In this document: positions 1 through 11,541 of the stretch, one piece after another
Numbering within the stretch: position 1 is the stretch's first letter
Layout of the letters: every line of letters starts with the position of its first letter
Source: Neoechinorhynchus agilis
Lineage: Eukaryota; Animalia; Acanthocephala
Direction of reading: 5' to 3'
Assembly: GCA_051530055.1 (NCBI GenBank)
Contig: JBMGUZ010000026.1
Location: 1 to 34,459 of the forward strand
Length of the DNA stretch: 34,459 bases
Made by a program: the position numbers and the translations under genes
The notes under the pieces: model-generated
What the model saw: only the letters and a program-made list of their open reading frames with translations
Told to the model about the DNA's origin: nothing
Database searches by the model: none

Positions 1-28
1 TCATATTTACTGCTATGAACTAGCAAAC

Positions 29-229
29 ATGACCCAGTTTCGTGAAAAAATAAATGACCAGGATTGCGATTGTACCCTCAGGTCACACAAGCAGATGAAG
101 ACGCCTCGCATGGAGAATCGAGCTCGAGGGAAAAGAAGAGGGAGGCCCAAAAAGAGGTGGAAGGACAGTGTGAGCAGAGATTTCAAGACGCTGGGAAAGG
201 AGAACAAAGACGAAAACCGACAGTGCTGA
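29..229 (+). mobile_element. RTE-clade non-LTR retrotransposon, ORF C-terminal remnant
   Basis: Translation contains GKRRGRPKKRWKDSVSRDFKTLG, matching the G-x-R-x-RGRP-x-x-RW-x-D-x-V-x-x-D C-terminal motif of RTE elements; no RT core present. Confidence 0.6.
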
Positions 230-244
230 AAAGAACGACCTCTC

Positions 245-650
245 AAGTGAGAGAAAAGTTCAAAGAAATGTTGTTATTGGCGATTACTGATTGATCATTG
301 CACGACGAAGTCTGCGTTCTTATTAGAAGGAAAATTCTACGACCAGACGAACGGAGTGGCAATGGGATCACCGCTAGGACCAGCGATGGCCAACATCTAT
401 ATGATCGAATATGAGAATCAATCGAAATAAACAGTTCAATAATAAAGTTCGAGTGTGTAACAATTCGCCATTGAGAATACACATCCAATCTAAGAACAAT
501 TGGATGGAAAATTGGCGACGAAATCCATTGTAAAGAATCATAGAAGGTTCTTCAAACTTTCAGCATTAATTCTTTTTAAAACATTTCTGGCAATTGCCCT
601 TTGAGATTTGTCCATGTGAAATGGCAGATTATGAATCGGAATGGAGTTTA
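245..650 (+). mobile_element. Penelope-like element (PLE) reverse transcriptase remnant
   Basis: 302-430 reads TTKSAFLLEGKFYDQTNGVAMGSPLGPAMANIYM, the PLE FYxQxxGVAMGSPL..LANxxM motif; a DGKLATK-like piece follows; stops and frameshifts present. Confidence 0.7.
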
Positions 651-1686
651 AGAATCAACCATTTGTAATATTTCAGAAATTGCTTAACAAATATTTCATG
701 AAGCACAAAAAACATTTGTGACTAAATTAGCATTTTTGTAGGTTATCGGAAAATCCCATAATTAAATACATTCCTAATTTACATGCATTTCATCCGGGGA
801 GTTGACTAAATTAAGACTTTTAACATAAACTGATGGTTACAAATTTTATTACCCGTTAAAAAGCAAAATACGATAACTTGATATTTATGAAAAATAAGGG
901 GCGTTTCGTCGTGTTAAATCAACTTTTTTCTAAATTTCATAGCTCCTGAAAATCATACCTTGTCTATTTTTATACAAAGATCTTTTATATTTATTTTCAA
1001 AGTACAGATTTGCAATAAAAGCTTTTCTTTAATTAAAAAGCATGGGTTTAGTCTTTCTATCGATTTCTTGAAGGTACACATAAACGCTAATACAAGTTTG
1101 CTTCATTGTTTTCCCATTTCAATTGTTTCTACATCTCATTCAAACTCACATTTTCGTCTGCACAGCTCGTTAAGTTCTTAATTCAAATCATGATTGTTTT
1201 TCTCATAAGCTTCGATTTTAATCATATTGCAAAAGTCCAGCATACAATCGATTGATCGGGAACGCCCATTCTCTGATGACCCTTCTCGTATGTCTCAATT
1301 ATTATTGAAATTTATGGACGTCGAATCTGAATTAAGTTGGAAATTTCTGGCGATACTGATTTTTAAGAAAAAAACTAAGATCAGATTTTCGTGTACAGCT
1401 CGGGTCCGCAACATTCACCAACTTCAATTCATTTCGAGGATTGCTCCAAAACAAATACCGATCGAACTTTCATTTAATCCAAAGACAGTCAAAGTTCCTT
1501 GCATGTTATTCGGTGAATAAATCGGGACACTTTTAAAAACATTAAATAATATCGCATTTTCTCGAAGTTTGAATGAAAGTGGAATGAGAACACAGCATTC
1601 TAGAGGATAAATAAAATGTGAAGTCCGTGGCTGGCTTAAATATGCAAGAAACTCAAACGCACCAAAATCTCAGGACGTGAGAATAT

Positions 1687-1925
1687 TCATAGATGTTCGC
1701 GTCTATAGTCAACAATTCGGTTTCGGCATTCGTTTTCCTTTAAATTCACAACACTCAAATCTTCTATCTCATTCAAATACTTTAGCTCTTGCTCATCACA
1801 AATGTTATCGTAAGAAAAATCCACAGGATTAAGCTTCGACAAGTCTTGCAATGAAAATAATCCACTTGATATGCGATTATGTGATGCATCGAGAGATTCC
1901 AAATCTTTCAGGTTCTCTTTTTTTA
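1687..1925 (-). pseudogene. Leucine-rich-repeat protein fragment (SDS22/LRRcap-like), probably decayed
   Basis: ENLKDLESLDASHNRI..LQDLSKL..VDFSY..I....ELKYL.....L.VVNLKEN......DYR fits LRR plus LRR-cap spacing; ends in an early stop and downstream frames are broken. Confidence 0.55.
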
Positions 1926-2640
1926 GAAATTATAAATTGTTTAACGTTTCACGGTTACCCAACTACACTTCGCAAGTCAGTTAGAAAATTATGAGCTATG
2001 CTTGGCTAATTTTGCTGGACAAAAATAATACTAGGAATTGACCAAAATCATAAGACAAATGTCCATCGAATTTTCTAAGGGACGAAGTGCACTTCGCCAT
2101 TCAAAAATCACTCCAAGAACTTGAAGAATAATCCCGTTCAATGTCTTATTTGTTGTATCAAATAAAAAGGTTTTTGTCTCTACTCTTTTTAATTTGAAAG
2201 AAATTAAATTATTTAAGCTTTTTAAAGTTCACAAATTTTAATCTCGTCTATCAACTTATTGCTCTAACGGTGATTTATTTTTCGTCAATATTCTTTCAAG
2301 CAGATTCAATCAGTCGATTAATTTCTTTACTTAAAAGTCTAAAGCGGGAGTGTTTTCTCTTTACGGCTGTCGATGCGTTTACTGAACTTAATAATAAGAC
2401 TTTATTTCTATTTTCAAAATCAGGGATGCTTATAAAAATGTTTCCAAGAAATCCTTTTTATTTCCGCAAAAATATTCAGTACTTTCTAGTAATATCAAAA
2501 TTCGTACTTTCATTATTTTCTGTAATTTTCCTTCAAATTATTTTTGTTATTTAAAGGAAATTACACAAATCTATCGTATTGGTATCAAATACAATCTGTG
2601 AAATTTTATAAATGTTGAACTTAAATCGCAAAATACGTAT

Positions 2641-2756
2641 TATTGTTAACCTCTTCATCCGGTAAATGATTTTTTTATTAAAGAAGATGAACCTGGCGAG
2701 GTTCGAAACATCTATAATAAAAAATCATTTACCGGGTGAAGAATTAAACAATAGTT
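2641..2756. repeat. Inverted repeat / MITE-like hairpin
   Basis: 2653-2680 CTTCATCCGGTAAATGATTTTTTTATTA is nearly the reverse complement of 2715-2741; similarity continues out to ~2641 and ~2756. Confidence 0.75.
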
Positions 2757-2929
2757 CCAATCATTGTCCCGGTAGGCGCCTAGCAATTACATTTTGGGAA
2801 GGGTGTTCAGAATACAGAGAAGGAATAGGAGGACCCATTTACCTTTGAGTCTTCACAAGCATTCAAGTTCATAATTGTTCAGAAAAAAGAAGAGCGTATC
2901 CATTAGGTTGGGAATATCCAGTCGCGGGA

Positions 2930-3330
2930 GGTTCGTTCGGGTGAGAATGTGTCCGTTCGTTTGAGAATATCCGGTTTGGTTGGAAGGTCTCCGTTCGGAT
3001 GGGAATTGGTGTTTGTTGTCTGTAGGAGCGTTTGTAAGGTTGGTCTTTCCTCAGGTTCATTTTAAGTTATGATGTTCGAGAGAAGATTGAGCAGCATGGA
3101 AAAAGGAGCCGAGGCCGAGGGAGGATGAAACGAATCAGGATTACGAGTGTTGTGCTCTTGCGGAAAGAGGGGCGATATGTGGAAGAAATTGTTGTTCAAA
3201 GGTTAATAATCGTTTTGATTGTTCAATGAAAATAGCGTCAAGGCATTCGATGAGAGGGGGGAATGTCAGCTGTGCAAATATTTTGTTAATCTTTTATGAA
3301 ACATTTCAAGAGGGCAATTCACATTAATGC
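2930..3330 (-). mobile_element. 3' end of CR1/L2-like LINE (same family as 30.5-32.1 kb)
   Basis: Shares TTTCCTCAGGTTCATTT, GGAAAAAGGAGC and TTACGAGTGTTGTGCTC with 31150-31400; minus strand gives EMFHKR and HNTRNPDSFHP. Confidence 0.6.
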
Positions 3331-4689
3331 AAAACAGCGGTCCTTATTAAAGGAAGAAAGTATAAAATTTAAATTAATTCTTAAACCAGACAAATCACCA
3401 CGCAAACTAAAATAAATTTCCTTAGAAGTTTAAATCATTCGACGTCTTATTGCTACGAAGATTAGGCAAATGTAAGAAACTAACTTCAACTTCCCTTCTG
3501 TCACATTACGGTTTTAAACTAAAATAAGCAATATTAATAACGTCGTAATTTAAAGTTGCAAATAACCTAAAAACAGTCGCTTAAAACGGTTATCTTAATT
3601 ATATTCACCAAAAACCTTTTCTTTAACTAAACAAGATTCGCAACATAAACAAAAATACTCAAAGTGTCAATGTAGAATTTTTGACAGTATTATTAATGGA
3701 TATCGATTTTTTTATTTGTTCCGCAACTTAATAAAACCGCGACCGTTTTCATAACTCAACAGCGATTGTTGCGTTTCCGGAAATCATCGAGACGCTACTA
3801 AATCATTTCCCTGTATTTCTTAATCATTCTGCCATTTGAAACTGAAATATTATTGTTCAACAACAAATAATGCTCTTTTGATAATTATGGTTATTGATTT
3901 GGATGTTTTAAATAACCTTTCTTAGGGTGGTAAGAGAGAGGTAATTTAAAACACTCAAGGAACATCCCTATCATAAAACTTTATTAACAAATGGTCGGAA
4001 CGGCATCACGTTTGCAACAGGAACCACATCCCTTCTTGCCATTTCCTCTAGTTTCCTTGAAGCTCCTTAACTTCTTTTTCCTGCTCCAGTTGTTTTAAAG
4101 TGAGCAGTTCAATGAACCTTTGCTGCCTAGTGAACAAATCCACTTTACCGCTTTCACCACATTATCGATCACCACAATCCCCACCTCAAAAAATTGCAAT
4201 AATCAAGAATTATTGATTATAATAATTAGTCGTATCGTCTGCGTGTCTTTAAACACGATTTCGTGGTATTCCGTTAATCATTTTGTTTATCGGAAATGTA
4301 AATTCGTACTTTGATTCTTGTAAGAAAAGTTACAATTTCGAGTTATAACAACGTTTTGAGAAACAAGGGCAGTCGACAAACTATCAGTGACTTAACATTT
4401 ATTCTCTTTTATGCATTGAAATTTGAATTGTAGTCGAAAAAGGAAATTAAAATATGAGTTTACTGAATCATAGAAAATGATACGAGGCAATAATAAACGT
4501 GTGGTTTACGATTGCTTTCTAGAAATGCAAGAGCTTTGGAGGGTGTGTAAATGCCATCAATTGGTTCATCGGCGTTTATAAGATCTTTTGTTCGACTTGA
4601 ACTTTTTCGGGTGGATATTTTTGATTTTATTGTAGACGTTGGAATTGCTTAATTTCTTTACGATGGCTTGCGATCTATGTAACACTGAG

Positions 4690-5515
4690 ATTGGACAGGG
4701 CAAGGGTGTTCCCACACAAGTGGCGTCCCAGAGAAGGGATTTCCCTTCTCGCCACGGGAACACAGTTACCCCGTCCGGTCTTTGATTATCGAGTCTGCAG
4801 AGGTGACTTGGTTCGAGCAGATTCGGTGCGTGAATCGTATTCAGAGCCCGACTAATCATCGAGTTAATCTCGGCGTGGCGAGCATATCTGCCACCGGACT
4901 AGCGACAGGCGAGACCGTGTCTACCAGAAGTATCCACAAGAGCTCCACAATGACGGTAGTGCGGGACACAAATCGGGATTCCCAGTCGTAGGGACACTGC
5001 GATCCTTACTGTTCCGTCTCTCAGTAAATTGCCGAAGGGAATCGGAACGGCGTTCAGCCAGGAACCAGATTCCTTTAAAGAGACCGCCAACAATCGAGCT
5101 CGGGTCATCTCATCACGTGACTCGGAAAGCCTTGAGTCATGAACTCGCGTGATTGAAGGTTTGTCCCAAACTGACTGTCTCTTGCCTCTCAAGGGAACCT
5201 GATCGCACTGCGTCATGCGGCGAAATTCAATGACCGCCTCTTTAAAATTTTCGTCGAATGAAAACTCGTTTTTCAACAATTTCTCGATCAACTTTCGACT
5301 GCCTTCATAGGAACCTAAAAAAACCGGAATCGCGACATCGGCTGTTTTACGGATACCCAAACCGTCGGAAGATACAGGCAATGAAGCTTGCCTCCATGCT
5401 TCATCCGACAGTTGGATATTTAAAATCCCTTCGAGGCACCTCCTTAAATTGTGATCGATTTCCCCCAAGGAGTGTCGATGTTTGAAGAAAGGCGCTGTAC
5501 GCAACGTTAGGTGCT
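4690..5515 (-). mobile_element. CRE-clade (restriction-like endonuclease) non-LTR retrotransposon fragment, copy 1
   Basis: LRTAPFF, WRQASLPVSSDGLGIR, SGSWLNAVP, CGALVDTSGRHGLACR zinc knuckle and RPDGVTVFPWREGKSLLWDATCV endonuclease motif; truncated at both ends and frameshifted. Confidence 0.85.
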
Positions 5516-5759
5516 AGCTGCACAAAACTATTATGGATCTCATTTCACTAAGCAGCGTTTTCTGCATTTTTTTTATCATTTGTTGCATTGTCAGCTGATT
5601 TTCCTGACCGCATGTATATATTTCTTTTTTTATTAATGTGAATTAGCACTTTCCGCGGGTGGAGAAATTTTATGTTTTACATCAGAAAAGTGATATAACC
5701 ACAATGTCTTTAATGCACGGTTAAAAGTTTGTAGATTTCGCCGGATCCTCAGATACCGC

Positions 5760-6015
5760 CAGGGAAGGCGGGACTCATCAGTGAGTTTCCTCCCTTCATG
5801 GAGATATTTCGTCCCTTTGGTTGTGGGTGATTGGCGATGGTGGATCCGAACCCTTTGACCCTGAAACAGGGATCCGGGGCACGAGTCCAATAGACCACCT
5901 CCACAAACAGTTCACACTTCGAGCTATTGAGCTCAACGCCGATTTTGCAGCTTCCCTCATGACGACCTCCAAATCTTGCAACACGACGGACGGAGACCCA
6001 CCGAGTGTTTTTCAG
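5760..6015 (-). mobile_element. CRE-like RT fragment within the tandem unit (also ~6858-7113 and ~7736-7990)
   Basis: VLQDLEVVMREA, IGVELNSSKCELF and VPRIPV...SPI correspond to the post-YLDD region of the CRE copy at 17.6-17.8 kb. Confidence 0.65.
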
Positions 6016-6021
6016 ACTTGA

Positions 6022-6164
6022 ATGAACACTGTCCTTAATAGAGTCAACGCGACTCTATCATTCACCACTACGGTGATGGGAGTTCTCGCATTTGCCATAT
6101 TTGTGACAACGGCTCTCGAAAATGGCCGCGACCAAGTTCGGATTGAAGGCATAGCTGGCGAAAG
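6022..6164 (+). pseudogene. SPCS3: Signal peptidase complex subunit 3, isolated exon 1 (copy 1)
   Basis: MNTVLNRVNATLSFTTTVMGVLAFAIFVTTALENGRDQVRIEGIAGER aligns with the SPCS3 N-terminus [31 protein letters not shown]; no downstream SPCS3 exon found; donor altered in this copy. Confidence 0.8.
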
Positions 6165-6299
6165 GGTAAAAACTGTAATCCGAAACTCGATACTTTATTT
6201 GTTGTTGTTACAAAAACTCTCCATTTTTAGTGGTCACGTGCACTCGTTTTCGCTCTCGTAGCGCTAATCTTCTAATGAGTCTATTTATCTTTACAGTAT

Positions 6300-6720
6300 T
6301 CTCGTTCTGCTAATCAGCGCCACGACGACTGAGGCATTTGCGCTTTATTGTCCTAACGAAACGCGCGGATTGACTCAGTTCCATCGATTGGAGAGAATAT
6401 CGTAGAGCTCCCATTGAAAGGTCTTTAGTGAACTGCGGCGTTTTTTTTGAGCACCATCAATCCAATGGGTCAAAACGGCGACTCCTCTGATTCTGCCGTG
6501 GCGACTTTGACGTCATGAATTGAGATCGATTACCCTTTATACAAGCAAGCATTGAATTCCAACAATACGAGATTGTAATAATCAACTAGGGCCAGAAATG
6601 GATTCCTCGTCAGAGCATTTTGAACCATCATCACACGACAACCGGACGACGTCAAATTCAATGATGATGACGCAAAAGCTCTACAACAACACGCCGAGGT
6701 ATTGAACCTCCGGGCCACCT
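6300..6720 (-). mobile_element. Possible decayed hAT transposase fragment in the tandem unit (also ~8290-8740, partial ~7400-7600)
   Basis: Minus-strand GV(A/T)VLTHWIDG..KRRS resembles the hAT GVTxHWID motif; VAT-like upstream and DNKAQM (TDNxxNM-like) downstream; many stops. Confidence 0.4.
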
Positions 6721-7119
6721 CTTCTCTAAAAGGTTTTTGTTCGCTCCCAAAAGGGTAATTGGGCCTCGCAGCAAATAGATTTCTAAGAAAAGCTCACATA
6801 ATAGTCTGAACTACACGTTTTTGAGTCTGTAAATTTCTCCGGATCCAAAGATACCGCCAGGGAAGGCGTGACTCATCAGTGAGTTTCCTCCTTTCAAGGA
6901 GATATTTCGTCCCGTTGGTTGTGGGTGATTGGCGATCGTGGATCCGAACCCTTTGACCCTGAAACAGGGATCCGGGGCACGAGTCCAATAGACCACCTCC
7001 ACAAACAGTTCACACTTCGAGCTATTGAGCTCAACGCCGATTTTGCAGCTTCCCTCATGACGACCTCCAAATCTTGCAACACGACGGACGGAGACCCACC
7101 GAGTGTTTTTCAGACTTGA

Positions 7120-7262
7120 ATTAACACTGTCCTTAATAGAGTCAACGCGACTCTATCATTCACCACTACGGTGATGGGAGTTCTCGCATTTGCCATATTT
7201 GTGACAACGGCTCTCGAAAATGGCCGCGACCAAGTTCGGATTGAAGGCATAGCTGGCGAAAG
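7120..7262 (+). pseudogene. SPCS3: SPCS3 exon 1, copy 2 (start codon mutated ATG>ATT)
   Basis: Near-identical to copy 1; followed by GTTAAA donor after 143 nt. Confidence 0.8.
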
Positions 7263-7996
7263 GTTAAAACTGTAATCCGAAACTCGATACTTTATTTGTT
7301 GTTGTTACAAAAACTCTCCATTTTTAGTGGTCACGTGCATTCGCTTTCGCTCTCGTAGCGCTAATCTTCTAATGAGTCCATTTATCTTTACAGTATTCTC
7401 GTTCTGCTAATCAGCGCCACGACGACTGAGGCATTTGCGCTTTATTGTCCTAACGAAACGCGCGGATTGACTCAGTTCCATCGATTGGAGAGAATATCGT
7501 AGAGCTCCCATTGAAAGGTCTTTAGTGAACTGCGGCGTTTTTTTGAGGACCATCTATCCAATGGGTCAAAACGGCGACTCCTCTGATTCTGCCGTGGCGA
7601 CTTTTTTTGTTCGCTCCCACAAGGGTAATTGGGCCTCGCAGCAAATAGATTTCTAAGAAAAGCTCACAAAATCACATAGTGGTCTGAACTACACGTTTTT
7701 GAGTCTGTAAATTTCTCCGGATCCTCAGATACCGCCAGGGAAGGCGGGACTCATCAGTGAGTTTCCTCCTTTCAAGGAGATATTTCGTCCCTTTGGTTGT
7801 GGGTGATTGGCGATCGTGGATCCGAACCCTTTGACCCTGAAACAGGGATCCGGGGCACGAGTCCAATAGACCACCTCCACAAACAGTTCACACTTCGAGC
7901 TATTGAGCTCAACGCCGATTTTGCAGCTTCCCTCATGACGACCTCCAAATCTTGCAACACGACGACGGAGATCCACCGAGTGTTTTTCAGACCTGA

Positions 7997-8139
7997 ATGA
8001 ACACTGTCCTTAATAGAGTCAACGCGACTCTATCATTCACCACTACGGTGATGGGAGTTCTCGCATTTGCCATATTTGTGACAACGGCTCTCGAAAATGG
8101 CCGCGACCAAGTTCGGATTGAAGGCATAGCTGGCGAAAG
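7997..8139 (+). pseudogene. SPCS3: SPCS3 exon 1, copy 3 (ATG and GT donor intact)
   Basis: 143-nt exon ending AG|GTTAAA, phase 2 in codon 48. Confidence 0.8.
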
Positions 8140-8845
8140 GTTAAAACTGTAATCCGAAACTCGATACTTTATTTGTTGTTGTTACAAAAACTCTCCATTT
8201 TTAGTGGTCACGTGCATTCGCTTTCGCTCTCGTAGCGCTAATCTTCTAATGAGTCTATTTATCTTTAAAGTATTCTCGTTCTGCTAATCAGCGCCACGAC
8301 GACTGAGGCATTTGCGCTTTATTGTCCTAACAAAACGCGCGGATTGACTCAGTTCCATCGATTGGAGAGAATATCGTAGAACTCCCATTGAAAGGTCTTT
8401 AGTGAACTGCGGCGTTTTTTGAGGACCATCTATCCAATGGGTCAAAACGGTTACTCCTCTGATTCTGCCGTGGCGACTTTGACGTCATCAATTGAGATCG
8501 ATTACCCTTTATACAAGCAAGCATTGGATTCCAACAATACGAGATTGTAATAATCAACTGGGGCTAGAAATGGATTCCTCGTCAGAGCATTTTGAACCAT
8601 CATCACTCATCACACGACAACCGGACGACGTCAAATTCAATGATGATGACGCAACAGCTCCACAACAACACGCTGAGATATTGAGCTTCCAGGCCACCTC
8701 TTCTCTAAAAGGTTTTTGTTCGCTCCCACAAGGCAAATAGGGCCTCGCAGCAAATAGATTTCTATAAGAAAAGCTCACAAAATCACATAATAGTCAGAAC
8801 CACACGTTTATGAGTCTGTAAATTTCTCCGGATCCTCAGATACCT

Positions 8846-10461
8846 CATCTTAGATTAATCTATTTGACACCAATAGAAGTAGCCCTTTAATATCAGTACT
8901 TGATGTTGCTTTTCTTGTATACCGTTCAAGAGCTTCGCTTTAGAATTTTTCTTAACCTATTTGAGTTACGGTCATCTTCTTTGTTAAATTTTAGATAATT
9001 TTTCTTAACCTATTTGAGTTACGGTCATCTTCTTTGTTAAATTTTAGCGCTCCAAATTCATCGATTGATCTTCCATAATCGTCTTCATCGATAGTTTCAA
9101 TTGGCAGTTGAAGCGCATTGCTGCCGACCATCCATCGATCTTTGTGGTTGTTCGCCGTCTTTCTCGGTGTCAATCAGCTCTCCAAACTGATCGATTGAAC
9201 GGTCCCACCCATCATTATCATCGTCATTGGCAGTTGAAGCGCTTTGCTGCGGACCGTCCATCGATCCCTGTGATTGTTCGCGGTCTTGCTCGGTGTCAAT
9301 CAGCTCTCCAAACTGATCGATGGAACGACTCATTGATTGAATTTCCACAATCATCTTTATCATCTTCATCATCCATTGGCGAGCTTCGTTTTCTCATTTT
9401 CCTTGGGTTATGGTCGTCTTCTTGATCAAATTTTAGCGCTCCAAGTTCTTCGAGTGAACTTAACCAATCCCCTTCATCCTCTTCATTAATATTTCCTGCC
9501 GTTAGTTTACGGATTTCCATTACTCTCAGCGATTTATGTTCTTCAACTGTTGCTGTGTTTTGTTTTGTGATTCCTTTTATCCTCTGAGGTTCATATTTCT
9601 TCTCGTCGACAATATTAACATCTTTTTGGATGTTTCCGTTTTTCCATTGGTTTTTTTTCTAAATTCAATTATTCTCTGCGCATTATTTAAAATTTGGTCT
9701 TCGTTTGTAACAATTAATTGTTTCATTTCATTTGCGACTTCTTTGGCTTCAACTATTCTCTCATTCCAAAGCATTTCGGAATCTTGATTTTGTTCGACAG
9801 CTTCCATTTTTTTATCGCTTTGATAACGAAGCTCGGCTACTAATATTAACCATTCGCATTGATCGCTTTTAAAACACCTTTTGCGTTTTTTCTCCGATTC
9901 GATTTCAGATTCATCATCCGACTTCCTTTTTCTTGGCTCTCTGGCCACGTCTCCAGGTTCTTCAAATTCCTCGTCGATTTCCATTTCTTCATTCATTGAT
10001 TCTCCATTATCCTTGTCATTTTCATAAACTTCGAAACTCATCATTGATTGTATCGCCGGGAACCGTTCTACAAACTTTATCATCTCATTTGAAAGTTCCT
10101 CTTTCACCTTTCTCTTCATTCCATCTCGTTGGATTCCATTTTCCATCGTCTTTTTTAAATCTACTTTCCCATAATTCTTCATGTAACTGCGAAAACTTTT
10201 CGCAATTTCCTTAATAATCTCATTAAAGCCGTCCGTTCCTGCCATTTCCGTTTCCTGTTCTGCTTCTTCGATCACCTCAACAAATTGTGTCTGAATCGCT
10301 TTTTCCATTGACCTTTTTGTCCGTTCCTTTGCAAGCCAATCGCAAGCATCATTATTGACGCCGAAGATATTGCCATCCGATCCATAATTTCAAGAGTTCA
10401 ATAATACGTTAATTGTTTCAGTAATTGAAAGCGCGAAATTTGCTAAAAATCTTTTCTCTGT
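8846..10461 (-). pseudogene. Orphan multicopy gene, copy A (N-terminal hydrophobic segment, acidic coiled-coil region, 42-aa repeats); disrupted
   Basis: ORF pieces 9577-10308, 9296-9520, 9097-9372 and 8991-9173 match copies B and C; ~37-bp deletion in the hydrophobic segment; ~53-bp tandem duplication at 8945-9047. Confidence 0.8.
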
Positions 10462-10469
10462 GTTCAATG

Positions 10470-11030
10470 CTTCTATGACAACCAAAGCAACGTCGAACAT
10501 TCGCCTTAGGGGTGATTCCCACATTTCAAACAACCAACAAATTTGTGCTTTGCATTGGATTTTGTCCATTTTGTGAAGGTCTAATCGCCGAGCAGAACGT
10601 CGAAAGTTTTGATCCTTGATTTGAGTGAAACTTTGAGTGGTGTTTGACCAATGGAAGCCGCGTTTTGGTTCAATTCGTTTCGTAACCATTCAAAATGTAC
10701 ACGACTCGAATGTGTTTCTGTTCGCATTGAACACAGTAAGTTCTCTAGACAACATTGAACCTAATGAAAAGTGATTTTGTCGCAATGGTCCAAACTTTGG
10801 CCTTGTCGCCCGCATCCTTTTACATTACAAACGATATCGAAAACTGTGGCACTTCCTTGTGATGGGTTCTTTTAGTTGGAATCCGGCGAAATGTTAAAGA
10901 GCTCCTCTTAACTTATCGATCTTCTAATCGTGCCTCCTTTTGAGAGCTTCTTGATGTCGCTCGTGAATTTCTCTCTAACAAATGGGATCTTGAGGATCGG
11001 TAAGGAGTCGCTATTGGTTTCCTTCTGATA
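10470..11030 (-). mobile_element. Decayed PLE endonuclease-side remnant
   Basis: LKIPFVREKFTSDIKKL, NVV*RTYCVQC..VYI and VIEAL pieces resemble the PLE linker and GIY-YIG region; heavily degenerate. Confidence 0.4.
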
Positions 11031-11541
11031 CGAACGTCCGCCAACCGATTCTGCTCGGAAGCCCCCCCGGAGCGAAATTACCATTTTCGGTGGGTTCTTG
11101 ATTAGTGCATTTTTTCAAGATCGAAGATAGAACGAAATTTTTTGATTTGTTTAAGCAAAAAATCTTATTTGTTAATAACTCATAAATATTGCAGCAGTGA
11201 GTTCTAAACATTTGGAATGGACAAAATGAAAGCCATTAAATTTTTTATTTACTGTTCCAATGGACGGTCGCCTTCAACGATTAGAAAACTACTAAAATCC
11301 GCTGATCAATAAACATGAACTCAATAGTCATTTTATTCACAAGAATTTATTTTTCTTGACAATCTTAAAAATGTAGATTCAATTTTCTTACGTTATTCTT
11401 TTTCTCGAATTCAAAAATAATTTCGTTCCAATGATTTCACATTTATTCGGTCAATTTTAAACCTAACAATTGCAAAGATCTTCCCCCGACGCCTTTACTG
11501 ACGAAGGCTCTAAATTTTATTGAATTCTCTACATTCAATGC

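Larger units (their letters stand above)
5733..8846. repeat. Three tandem copies of a ~1.1-kb chimeric unit (CRE RT fragment + SPCS3 exon 1 + putative hAT fragment), plus the start of a fourth
   Basis: Near-identical blocks start at ~5733, ~6832 and ~7712; copy 2 has a ~225-bp deletion at ~7602; a fourth unit start is cut at ~8846. Confidence 0.95.

Noticed and set aside
950-1520. Plus-strand ORFs 960-1181 and 1227-1520
   Set aside because: No recognisable motifs; more likely antisense to a decayed minus-strand continuation of the LRR gene
3990-4290. THAP-like (AHF, DAVPTI) and RT-like (HADDTT) words on the minus strand
   Set aside because: Motifs are in inconsistent frames and order; at most unidentifiable element debris
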